Below are positions 36,283-45,471 of a stretch of 64,000 bases of DNA, in pieces. Position numbers and translations under genes: made by a program. Numbering within the stretch: position 1 is the stretch's first letter; every line of letters starts with the position of its first letter. Under the pieces are notes generated by a model. The model was given only the letters and a program-made list of their open reading frames with translations, had not been told where the DNA came from and did no database searches. Origin of the DNA: Planctomycetota bacterium (GTDB taxonomy: Bacteria > Planctomycetota > JAJSAM01 > JAJVHW01); NCBI GenBank assembly GCA_965248445.1, contig CBDFJG010000002.1:64001-128000 (forward strand). The letters run 5' to 3'.

Positions 36283-37902
36283 TCAGCGCCCGGACCAGTC
36301 GATCGGGATCACGATCTGGATCTCGTGGGCGTCCCCGCTCAGGGCCCGATACGGGCTCTCCACGCCGCCGCGGCCAGGCACCTCGGCGCGGACGTCTGGA
36401 GGGCCGTGAAGACTGCACGTCACTCCGCGAGTCACCGGGTCGGGGCGCAGGACGCCGCCCTCCGGACAGCGCGGCGAGAACCCGAACAGCACGAGGGCAC
36501 GCTCGGGCAGGTCCCCATCAGCGCCGTCCACGAGCGCCAGCGCCGCCAAGTCCCCACGGCTGGCGGCGCACGCATCCGCGTAACGGTGGCGTGAGTCGGG
36601 CTCCGTGCCGTGCGTGATGGCGTCGATGAGCGCCGACGACGACCCGTCCAGAGTCGCCGTGACGTGCGCGCCCGCGCGATCGGTGCGGATCGCCAGTCGG
36701 CGCACGGGAAACGGCGCTCTGCCGAACCGCGGCTGGACCGACGCCTCCTCCGCCCCGAGCGCGCGCAGCAGATGGACGACACCGCGAGTCGCGCGTGCGG
36801 CGAGTGCCGCGTCGACATCGAAGATCCCCCCAGGCGGAAACACGGCGGCGACCGCGAAGTCCCCCGGTCCTGCGCCGGGGTCCGCCAGAAACACGGCAGC
36901 ATCGGAATCGTCGGCCCAGGTATCGGGCACACCGCCCGACAGCCAGTCGAGCAACGCAGCGTCCGTCGCGACGATTTCGACGTCGCCGATGATGCGGCGC
37001 ACGCTGCGGCGCACACGCTCCATGGGGAACGGATCGCGCTCCGGACGCCACTGGTGATCGGGCTTCGACTCGATCGCCACACCGGCCTTCGTGTGCATCG
37101 CGTGACGATCCGGGTCCTCGATACGTAGGAGGACCGCAGCAGCCAGAGGACCGCGCGAGTATGGAGGTGCGACCACGAGGGCCATTTCCGAGACGCCCTT
37201 GGAGACGCCGGGGTTCGTACGCCAGATCGTCGGCAGGAGCAGGTGGAAGAGCGTCAGCCGCAGAGTCGCGGCGTCGCGGGCATCGCCGTGTCCCGCCAGC
37301 ACGTGCCCGATGAACTCGTCGAACGTCCCGGCGAGCCGGAAACCGGCCTCCACACTGCGGAATCGCGCGAACGCGAACTGCCGCGGCGCCCAGGCGGAGA
37401 GCGGCGCCCCGGGCGGCGGGGGCGCGCCTCCCGGAACGAGCCCATCCCCCGGAAGAAGGTCGCTGGGGTCGATCGTGATGCCGGGGACGGGTTCGATCAC
37501 GGCTGGCGGAGCGCGCAAGCCGGCCGCTAGCGCGGGAGCCAGCGTGCCCGCCAGCCCGTCCAGCGCTGCGGCGACCGCACGGCGGACCTCGTCGCCGCGC
37601 GGCTCTGGGGATGGCTCCCGTCGCAGCGGGACGAACTGCAGGACGCCCTCGGCATCGAAGGTGGCGACCTCCGCCGCGTCCGGCTCTCCGTCGAGGCGTC
37701 CGAGCAGCGGCCCGTCCGCCTCGTGCGGCGCGAGGATGCGAACCCCCGCGGCCGGGTACCAGCGGCCGGTGACCGACTCGGCCGAGACGAACCAGCCTTC
37801 GTCATCCACGTGAACGAGCGGTCCCGGCGGCTCGCCGGGCGCGCACGCGGCGACAGCGGCGACAGCGGCGAGGCACGCCGCCGCGACACAGCGCAGATGC
37901 AC
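36283..37902 (-). CDS. Hypothetical lipoprotein with C-terminal C...CPxGG...CxxHG motif
   Basis: Lipobox VAAC; DACAAS...CPEGG...CSLHG. Confidence 0.7.
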   Translation of the reverse strand: MHLRCVAAACLAAVAAVAACAPGEPPGPLVHVDDEGWFVSAESVTGRWYPAAGVRILAPHEADGPLLGRLDGEPDAAEVATFDAEGVLQFVPLRREPSPEPRGDEVRRAVAAALDGLAGTLAPALAAGLRAPPAVIEPVPGITIDPSDLLPGDGLVPGGAPPPPGAPLSAWAPRQFAFARFRSVEAGFRLAGTFDEFIGHVLAGHGDARDAATLRLTLFHLLLPTIWRTNPGVSKGVSEMALVVAPPYSRGPLAAAVLLRIEDPDRHAMHTKAGVAIESKPDHQWRPERDPFPMERVRRSVRRIIGDVEIVATDAALLDWLSGGVPDTWADDSDAAVFLADPGAGPGDFAVAAVFPPGGIFDVDAALAARATRGVVHLLRALGAEEASVQPRFGRAPFPVRRLAIRTDRAGAHVTATLDGSSSALIDAITHGTEPDSRHRYADACAASRGDLAALALVDGADGDLPERALVLFGFSPRCPEGGVLRPDPVTRGVTCSLHGPPDVRAEVPGRGGVESPYRALSGDAHEIQIVIPIDWSGR

Positions 37903-37904
37903 GG

Positions 37905-39275
37905 TTACTTCTCGCCGGGCGGCGGCAACGGCGGCAGGGCGCGGGGCGGAGGCAGCGGCACGCCGCCGGACGTGTCGACGCGGTCCTTCTCACCCATCGT
38001 GTCGTAGAGCAGCCGCAGCGCGAGGAACGTGGCGGGTCCGTGGAACGCGGGGCCGCGCAACTCACCGGCGGTGTCGCGCGCTTCCCACGGCAGTGCAGCA
38101 CCGTCCGCGAGCGTCGCCTCCGCGGCCTTCAGCGGCGCGTCGAAGAGTGCGCGGTCGAGCGCGCCGATCGGCAGTGGGAACTCGCCGCGGACCATCGCGC
38201 GCAGCCAGCCGAGCGGCGCAGCCGCACCTACCAACTGCGGAGCCCCCCCGTCGAGCAGCGGCGGCGCAGCGTCGCCCGGAGTGTGCAGCCAGAAGTCCGG
38301 TCCTTGGTTCGTCGGCCGCTTGTCCGCGCTCGCCGGACAGGGCACGTCATTGGCGCCGGCCACGCCCCACGTGCCGCGCACTCCCACGATGACGCTGACG
38401 GGACCGGTCGACGTGGTCTCGGCCACCCACTCGGGCGGCGGAGACGGCAGGAAGGGCATGTCTCCGGGGGACGGCACGGCAACGGCGACGGCCGGCGGGA
38501 AGTCGATGGGGATCGGCGCGGTGATCGCCGCACTGCGCAGCGGCCCCGACAGTGACTCGCGATGCCCGAACATCCAACCCGTCCACGCGTGGTCCCCCAC
38601 ACCGCGGCGCGCGGTCATCAGCTTGGTGCCGGTGTCGCCCCCGTCCTTCGCCCGCGCCAATCCGCGGAAGAGCAAGCCGAGTGGCAACGGATGGTCCGCC
38701 GCGACTACCAGGCCGTCCTGCGCCGCCAGGTAGAGCGTGCGATTTCTCGAGATCAACGTCAGGACCGTCCGACCGGCCACTTGCTCCGACTTCCGCTCGG
38801 GTTCGTAGTGCGATCCGAGGCCGCCTTCCACGAGATCCTCGAGCGCCCGCTTCAGCACCGCTTCGCCGGCAGACGTCCGAAGCGCGAGGAGCGTCCCGCG
38901 GTCCCCGGCCCCCGGGACGGGCGGTGCACGCATGGAGAGGAACAGCAGTTCTCCGTCGGCCACCTTCAGCAGTTGCTCCGCTCCGCGGGCGAACCGCCTA
39001 GCGTTGTCGTCGCGTCCCCATCGCGAGAACTGCTCCTTCAGAGCCTTGCGCCAGGCGTCGGCGGGTCCGAGCCCCGCCTGTCGGGCCTGCTCCAGAAACG
39101 CGGGGAGACTCGGGATGTGGATCAGGCGATCCGCCCGTTCACCAGCGGCGGAGAGGAGCATCTCGCCCGTCGGAGCGGCTACAGGAGCCTGGACCGGGGC
39201 CTCCTGCGCGGCCACGAGCGGAGGCAGGACGAGGAGAGCGCCGAGGAGGGTCAGGAGGCGGAGCGGAGCACGCAC
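37905..39275 (-). CDS. Secreted hypothetical protein
   Basis: Signal peptide ending VAAQ; 2-nt gap to the next gene; Pro-rich C-terminus. Confidence 0.7.
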   Translation of the reverse strand: MRAPLRLLTLLGALLVLPPLVAAQEAPVQAPVAAPTGEMLLSAAGERADRLIHIPSLPAFLEQARQAGLGPADAWRKALKEQFSRWGRDDNARRFARGAEQLLKVADGELLFLSMRAPPVPGAGDRGTLLALRTSAGEAVLKRALEDLVEGGLGSHYEPERKSEQVAGRTVLTLISRNRTLYLAAQDGLVVAADHPLPLGLLFRGLARAKDGGDTGTKLMTARRGVGDHAWTGWMFGHRESLSGPLRSAAITAPIPIDFPPAVAVAVPSPGDMPFLPSPPPEWVAETTSTGPVSVIVGVRGTWGVAGANDVPCPASADKRPTNQGPDFWLHTPGDAAPPLLDGGAPQLVGAAAPLGWLRAMVRGEFPLPIGALDRALFDAPLKAAEATLADGAALPWEARDTAGELRGPAFHGPATFLALRLLYDTMGEKDRVDTSGGVPLPPPRALPPLPPPGEK

Positions 39276-39495
39276 GGGCTTCAGAGGTTACCCTTCACCC
39301 GGTCGGGGCGATGAATAGGGGGCGGGGGCGCGGACAGCCGCGCGCGCGCCTCTGCTGTTAGATTGGGGGGCTCGGATCGCGTATCCGGGAGACCCCTGAA
39401 CCCCTCCGCCGGGAGCGCCGCAGCGCTTGTCGGCTCATCCGCTGAGGCGGCTGAGACGACAACTCCCGTGCGTATCTGCCACTACGGAGATTCGA

Positions 39496-42483
39496 ATGCC
39501 GCGAGGCGTCGCCATCCCACACATGTTCCGGAGCATCCGTGACGCGGCGCTGCCGACGCTGCTCGCGCTTGCCGTCGCCGCGCCGGCCCTGGCCGACCAG
39601 TTGCCGGTGCTGACCGGCGACAAGAGCAAGATCTCCGCTCGAATCACGCCGATCGGCGACACCGACAGGTTCGGCCTGGAGCTGTTCGACGGCGACCGCG
39701 TGAAGATCAAGGTCAAGGAGACCGGGCCGCAGTTCGGACTGCTGACCACGCTCACCCTGTTCGATCCGGCCGGGAATCCCATCAGCGTGCCGATCACGAA
39801 CAACGGAGGCCGCGGGCCGTCGTTCGAGTTCACCGCGACGCAGGACGGCGTTCACAGCGTCCTGGTCGCCGGCGAACCGGGCTTCGACGGCTCCGAGGGC
39901 GACTATCAATTCATCTCCAAGATCAAGCGCGTGAAGCCGGCTCGAGCGACGTTCAACGACGGCGCAGGCGGCTCGATCTCGTACAGCGTCAACTGCGCCA
40001 ACGGATCGCTGCTGACACTGAAGGCGAAGACCAGGAAGGGCGGTCTCGATCTCGACGCGCTGAACAAGCCGAGCGGTAGGCCCGAAGGCGAGTTCGCCGC
40101 GTCGCTGAAGGCGAAGGCGAATCGCCGCTCGGCCACGCTCAAGAAGTTCCGCCTCACAGGTGGCCAGGGTTCCTACGAACTGGCCGGTGCATACGACCCC
40201 GGATCGAGCGTGAAGGTGTCTGCGAAGGTCGTTCCGAGCAACAAGAAGGTGAAGTCCACACTGCGCGACGCGGAACCGGAGTTCGACTTGAACTTCCACC
40301 GCTTCGCGAAGGCCGGGATCACCGGCAGCACCTTCGTGGCGTTCGGGTTCGACCTGGGCGAGCCCGACGGCGAGGGCGGCGAGGCGCCTCCGACGTTCTG
40401 GGTCGGCGACGAGCAGGTGGCCGCAGGCGACCTCGAGCGCTTGAGCGACAACGTCTACCGCTTCCCTATCCCCATCGGACTGGAGCCCGGTGCGTTCTAC
40501 GATGTCGTCGTGCGCAATCCCGACGGCCAGGGTGCGTTTGCGCCGAACGCGTTCGAGTTCGTCGCCCAGCCGGTCATCACCGGGATGGCTCCGACGGAGG
40601 CAGGGCCCGCCGGGGGCCAGCTGGTCCGGCTGACGGGCACGGACTTCCGCGGCGGCACGGTCGCGATGTTCGACACGCAGATCGTGCAGCCGCAGTTCGT
40701 TTTCACCGACAGCATCACCGTGCGCTCCCCGGCGCACGCGCCCGGTCAGGTTGTCTTGACGATCCGTGACGAGCACGGTCAGGTCGCCGCGGCGCCGGTC
40801 GATCTGACCGTCCTCGACATCGGCTCGAACGCGATCTCCTCGATCGCGCCGACAACGATCCAGGCTATCGGCGGTGAGACCATCACGGTCACCGGTGTCG
40901 ACTTCGTGGCCGACTCCGCTCTCACACTCGACGGCAAGGACCTCGACGAGACGCTGGTCTCCCCGACGGAGATGACATTCGTCGCTCCCGCGATGCAAGC
41001 CGGAACGTACGAACTGCAGGTCGAAGATCAGTACATGCAGACGAGCATCCTGGACGTCGAGATCACGGGGCTGGACGACGAGAGCGACTCCAGCGTCCCG
41101 GCTCCCGTGACGACCGCGGGGATGCTGGATGCGTGGCGCGCAACACGCATTCTGTGTGGCGACGTGGACGGCGACATGAACGACGACCTCGTGCTGTTGC
41201 GTCCCGCCGTCGCGTTCGGCGACAGCGAAGACCGGCCCCGCATCCGCATCCTCCTCGGCGACGGCGACGGCGGTCTCACCGACGGCACGTCCGGGATCCC
41301 GGCCGTGACCGCACTCGACGACTGGCGAGCGCGTGACGGGGTGCTGATCGACGTGGACGACGACGGCGACCTCGACATCGCGATCATCACGCCCGACGAA
41401 CTGGACGACGGTAACCGGTCGAGCCTCCGCATCCTCCTGAACGACGGCGACGGGAACTTCACGGACGACACGGACAACGCGACGCCGGGTGCATCGTCGT
41501 GGGGCGACACGAACCAGGGTGTTGCGATCTTCGCGGTCGATCTGGACGGTGACAACGTCGACGACCTCGTGATCACGCACACCGAGTCGTTCGAGGAGAC
41601 GATCATCACCCAGCCGCCTCCGATGGAACCGCCTCCGGATCCGCCGCAAGACCCGACGATCGAGACGTTCTACTACGCTGGGACGCGCGTGCTCCTGAAC
41701 GACGGTGACGGCGAGTTCTCCCGCGATCTGGACGCACTCCCCGACGTGGACGAGGACGATCCGCTCCGCTTCATCGGCAACACGCTCGTCGGAGTGGACG
41801 TCGACAACGACACTGACACCGACCTCTTCATCACGCGCGACGCACCGTTCGAGGACCCTGACACGCCCGGCACGTATCTGCGCGTCGGCTTCCTGCTACG
41901 CAACGACACCGCGACCGACGTGACGTTCGTCGATGCGTCGGCCACGCTGCTGCCGGCGGCGGGCGATCCGGAGTATCTCCAGGGCGATCGCGCGTACTTC
42001 CACGACACCGACGGCGACGGCGACGACGATCTCGTTGTCGCGGGCAACACCAAGATCGTGAGTCCGCTCACCATGTCGGTCGTCCTCACTCCGTCGCTGC
42101 GGATCTTCGAATGGGACGCCGGCGCGTTCGCCGCCGCCGCGGGGGGCGTGCTCCCGGCTGCGGACGGCGACGACCAGTTGCAGTGCGAAGATGTCGGCTT
42201 CGGCGACCTGGACGGCGACGGAGACGACGAGATGGTCATTGTCTCAGCCGGCGCGCCCAACGCAGGCGATCGCGGCGGCCGCATCCTCCGGCAGGAGGCG
42301 GACGACACGTTCATCCGGTCGTCGACCCCGTTCCTGTCGCCTCTGATCGCGGACGACGCACGGGGCGTCGTGATCAAGCTCGTAGATCTGGACGGCGACG
42401 GCGACCTGGACGTGCTGATCGCGCGAGACACCGCCGCCGAGTCCGAACGGAACCTGCTCGTGTTCATCAACCAGCGACTCTGA
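39496..42483 (+). CDS. Secreted PPC-like + IPT/TIG + FG-GAP/VCBS-repeat protein
   Basis: RBS GGAGA; signal peptide; PVITGMAPTEAGPAGGQLVRLTGTDF (IPT); multiple DxDGDGDxD Ca-binding repeats. Confidence 0.88.
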   Translation: MPRGVAIPHMFRSIRDAALPTLLALAVAAPALADQLPVLTGDKSKISARITPIGDTDRFGLELFDGDRVKIKVKETGPQFGLLTTLTLFDPAGNPISVPITNNGGRGPSFEFTATQDGVHSVLVAGEPGFDGSEGDYQFISKIKRVKPARATFNDGAGGSISYSVNCANGSLLTLKAKTRKGGLDLDALNKPSGRPEGEFAASLKAKANRRSATLKKFRLTGGQGSYELAGAYDPGSSVKVSAKVVPSNKKVKSTLRDAEPEFDLNFHRFAKAGITGSTFVAFGFDLGEPDGEGGEAPPTFWVGDEQVAAGDLERLSDNVYRFPIPIGLEPGAFYDVVVRNPDGQGAFAPNAFEFVAQPVITGMAPTEAGPAGGQLVRLTGTDFRGGTVAMFDTQIVQPQFVFTDSITVRSPAHAPGQVVLTIRDEHGQVAAAPVDLTVLDIGSNAISSIAPTTIQAIGGETITVTGVDFVADSALTLDGKDLDETLVSPTEMTFVAPAMQAGTYELQVEDQYMQTSILDVEITGLDDESDSSVPAPVTTAGMLDAWRATRILCGDVDGDMNDDLVLLRPAVAFGDSEDRPRIRILLGDGDGGLTDGTSGIPAVTALDDWRARDGVLIDVDDDGDLDIAIITPDELDDGNRSSLRILLNDGDGNFTDDTDNATPGASSWGDTNQGVAIFAVDLDGDNVDDLVITHTESFEETIITQPPPMEPPPDPPQDPTIETFYYAGTRVLLNDGDGEFSRDLDALPDVDEDDPLRFIGNTLVGVDVDNDTDTDLFITRDAPFEDPDTPGTYLRVGFLLRNDTATDVTFVDASATLLPAAGDPEYLQGDRAYFHDTDGDGDDDLVVAGNTKIVSPLTMSVVLTPSLRIFEWDAGAFAAAAGGVLPAADGDDQLQCEDVGFGDLDGDGDDEMVIVSAGAPNAGDRGGRILRQEADDTFIRSSTPFLSPLIADDARGVVIKLVDLDGDGDLDVLIARDTAAESERNLLVFINQRL

Positions 42484-42505
42484 CGGACAGAGCGGGAGGA
42501 TCCGG

Positions 42506-45460
42506 ATGGAGGGGACGTCGCGGACGATCAGCCGCGCCCACACGGCGCGTGTGACGCGCATCGCCCGCCCACTCCTCCTCCTCAGTCTGCTCGTGCTGGC
42601 ACTCCCTGCGGCGGCAGACGGCCTCGGCACCCCGCTGGGTAAGCGGCGAGTCCGATCGGTGATCCACGCTGCCGACGACGTCGACCTCTACATGGTCGAG
42701 GCGCGCGCCGGCAGCACGGTGCGCGTGTTGCTGAAGGTGCCGGGCAAGTCGGCACTCGTTGCCGTCGCGGACTTCGTGGACGCGGACGGTGCTCCGACCG
42801 GCGAGTTCGTCCCGAAGGGCAACCGTCTCCTCGGGACGCTCGACGTCGAGGAGGATGCACGCGTCGTCGTCCGAATCGCCTCAGCCGACGGCGGCACGGG
42901 CGAGTACAGCATCTCGGCGCGCGCGAAGGGGGCCGGGCGGACGTCCCGGCGTGACATCGAGATCGAAGCAGGCGAGGAGTACGAGGTGACGTTCGCAGCG
43001 GGCGGCGGTGCCCGCGTCGATTTCTCGATTCGCGGACGCAAGGGCGCGCCGAACCTAGCGCGCCTACTGGGACCGCGAGGAGAGCTGATCGCGCTGCCCG
43101 AGGGCGCGGTGCGCCGCCGCGCCACGAAGCTCACAGGCAAGAAGATCCTCTTACCCGCGGAAGCGCCGTTCGGGACCTGGACACTGGTCGCCGTCGCGTC
43201 GTCCGGCGCGCTGAGCGGGCTGCGCGCGACGGTGAAGGTGAAGGGCGGCGGACTCGCTCCCTGGCGCGGGAAGCTGCTCGCCCCGGAGCCCGCGCTGACG
43301 CACGTCTCACCGACAGAGGCCGGCCCCGGAACGCTGGTCACTGTGCACGGCACGGGGCTGGCGCTCCCGGTACGGCTGTTCGCAGACGGCGTCGAGATGC
43401 TCGACGTCGACCAGGACCGGCTGCAGGGCACGTTCCCGACGGGACTGGAGGGTCCGGTCGAGATTGCGGCGCTAGCGTCCAACGGCCACGTTGCGATTCT
43501 CCGGGACGCCGTGCTCGCGGTGCAGCCTCCCCAGATCTCCGGAATCGACCCCGCGCGCGGACCGGCCGACGGCGGGACGCTGATCGACGTCGTCGGCGCG
43601 AGGTTCCGGCCGGGCGCCGTGGTGACGCTCGCGGGCGTCGGCTTCCCGGGCGAGACGGAGTTCGTGAGCGACGCGCTCCTGCGCTTCACGACGCCCGCGT
43701 TCGCGGCCGGTTCGCAGACGTTCGGAGTACGCGACCCCACAAGCCTCGAGACCACGGTAGGCGGCGGGTTCGAGTTCGTGTCCGCACCAGCCATCCTCGA
43801 CGTCCGTCCGCGACTCGTGCCGCAACTCGCGGGCGAGACGCTGCGCATCGACGGCGGGGCGCTGGCGCCGGATCGCGCCGTCCTGACCGGTGACCTCCCA
43901 CCGCTCACGATAGCCAGCGCCACACCGACGCGGATCGACCTCACGCTCGACACTCTCCCGCTCGGTCCCCACGACGTGGTCGTAACCGATGATCTGGGGC
44001 AGAGCGCCACCGCGGAGAGTGCGTTCGCCGTTTTCACGTTCGAGTCGTTGGCGCCGATCGCCTCGACGGGTGGCCCGCCGCCGGACGCGATGACCGCGGC
44101 CGACTACGACGGCGACGACGACCTCGATCTGTTCGTTGTGTCGCGGGGAGGCGGGACGCTCGGTGCGGCGAGTGCACTCCGCGTCTTCCGCAACAACGGC
44201 GACGGCACATACACCGACGTGAGTGACGACGTGCTCCCGGCAATCACGATCGACGACTGGCGCGCCGGAACTATCGCCGTGGGCGACGTCGCCGCGGACG
44301 TCGGAGAGGTCCCCTCGGACGGCTGGGCGGACATCGTGCTCGGGTCCATGGACGACACGGTCCTCCCGGCGGACCGCAGCCGGGTACGCGTGCTCGCGAA
44401 CCGTGCCGGAGCCGGTGGTGAGCGCGTGTTCGTGGACCGCACGAGCATCCTCTTCGCCTCGCCGTCGGCATACGACGACTGGTGCGCCGAAGATCTCTGG
44501 ATCGGTGATCTCGACGGCGACGGAGGGGTACCGGACATCGTCGCAACGCACGATGCGACCCCGACCGGCGTGTCACCGCTGACGCCCTTCTATACGTACT
44601 ATCTGTCGGGTACGCGCGTGTTCTCGTTTGCCGCCAACGAGTCGGGCTACGGGCAGTTCGCCCATCAGTCCGAACGGTTCCCGCACGTCATCGGCACACA
44701 GGCTCCGACGCAGGGGTTCCAGCAGTGCATCAGCGGCGCGTGTGCGGATGACTACACGCCGTTCCGCGGCACCTCGCTCGCCGTCGTCGATCTGAACGGC
44801 GACGGACGCCGGGACGTGGCGGTCACGTCGCCCAGCGGTCTCGTCAGAAACGGCGTCGCGATCGCTTCCACCCAGGTGGCGCAGAACATCGATGACATTC
44901 TGGGCGTGCGCATGGAGGACCGCTCCACGGGGGTGAGCGCATCGATCGACACCCTGCGCGGCGACATCGTCCTGCCGGGTGACGTGACCGGCAGCACGGA
45001 CCCGGACCTCGTGGTCGTCTCGCACACGGCCTCCGGGAGCGGCATCGCCGTGCAGATCGCCGAGTTCCGCGGCTTCACGAACACCTGGGCGGTTCGCGGT
45101 GCGGCGCTGTTGCCCGGCGCCGACGGCGGCGAGCGGCTACAGGCGGACGATGCGGATCTGCTCGATGTCGACGGCGACGGCGACCTCGATCTCGTCCTAC
45201 TGACGTCCACGGTTCCGACCGGTGGGTCCACGACTACGGGCCGGGGCCTGCGCATCCTGCGGAACCTGGGCGCGAGCGGTTTCGGCCGCGAACTCGAGAT
45301 GCTGCTGCCGTCCGTCGCCGCCGCCGGCGATCTGGCCGGGCGGGCGCTCGTCGTCGCCGATCTCGACGACGACGACGGCCTGGTCATCGTCGTCGGATCG
45401 GACGACGGCACCGGATCGGGCGGTGCGCTGGACGCTGTTCGCCGTACGCTGAGCGACTGA
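42506..45460 (+). CDS. Paralogous secreted PPC-like + IPT/TIG + FG-GAP/VCBS-repeat protein
   Basis: Same domain order as the previous gene; shared DDWRA, GTRV and LQ.DD/ED segments; DVDGDGDLD repeats. Confidence 0.87.
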   Translation: MEGTSRTISRAHTARVTRIARPLLLLSLLVLALPAAADGLGTPLGKRRVRSVIHAADDVDLYMVEARAGSTVRVLLKVPGKSALVAVADFVDADGAPTGEFVPKGNRLLGTLDVEEDARVVVRIASADGGTGEYSISARAKGAGRTSRRDIEIEAGEEYEVTFAAGGGARVDFSIRGRKGAPNLARLLGPRGELIALPEGAVRRRATKLTGKKILLPAEAPFGTWTLVAVASSGALSGLRATVKVKGGGLAPWRGKLLAPEPALTHVSPTEAGPGTLVTVHGTGLALPVRLFADGVEMLDVDQDRLQGTFPTGLEGPVEIAALASNGHVAILRDAVLAVQPPQISGIDPARGPADGGTLIDVVGARFRPGAVVTLAGVGFPGETEFVSDALLRFTTPAFAAGSQTFGVRDPTSLETTVGGGFEFVSAPAILDVRPRLVPQLAGETLRIDGGALAPDRAVLTGDLPPLTIASATPTRIDLTLDTLPLGPHDVVVTDDLGQSATAESAFAVFTFESLAPIASTGGPPPDAMTAADYDGDDDLDLFVVSRGGGTLGAASALRVFRNNGDGTYTDVSDDVLPAITIDDWRAGTIAVGDVAADVGEVPSDGWADIVLGSMDDTVLPADRSRVRVLANRAGAGGERVFVDRTSILFASPSAYDDWCAEDLWIGDLDGDGGVPDIVATHDATPTGVSPLTPFYTYYLSGTRVFSFAANESGYGQFAHQSERFPHVIGTQAPTQGFQQCISGACADDYTPFRGTSLAVVDLNGDGRRDVAVTSPSGLVRNGVAIASTQVAQNIDDILGVRMEDRSTGVSASIDTLRGDIVLPGDVTGSTDPDLVVVSHTASGSGIAVQIAEFRGFTNTWAVRGAALLPGADGGERLQADDADLLDVDGDGDLDLVLLTSTVPTGGSTTTGRGLRILRNLGASGFGRELEMLLPSVAAAGDLAGRALVVADLDDDDGLVIVVGSDDGTGSGGALDAVRRTLSD

Positions 45461-45471
45461 CTCGGCTCCCC

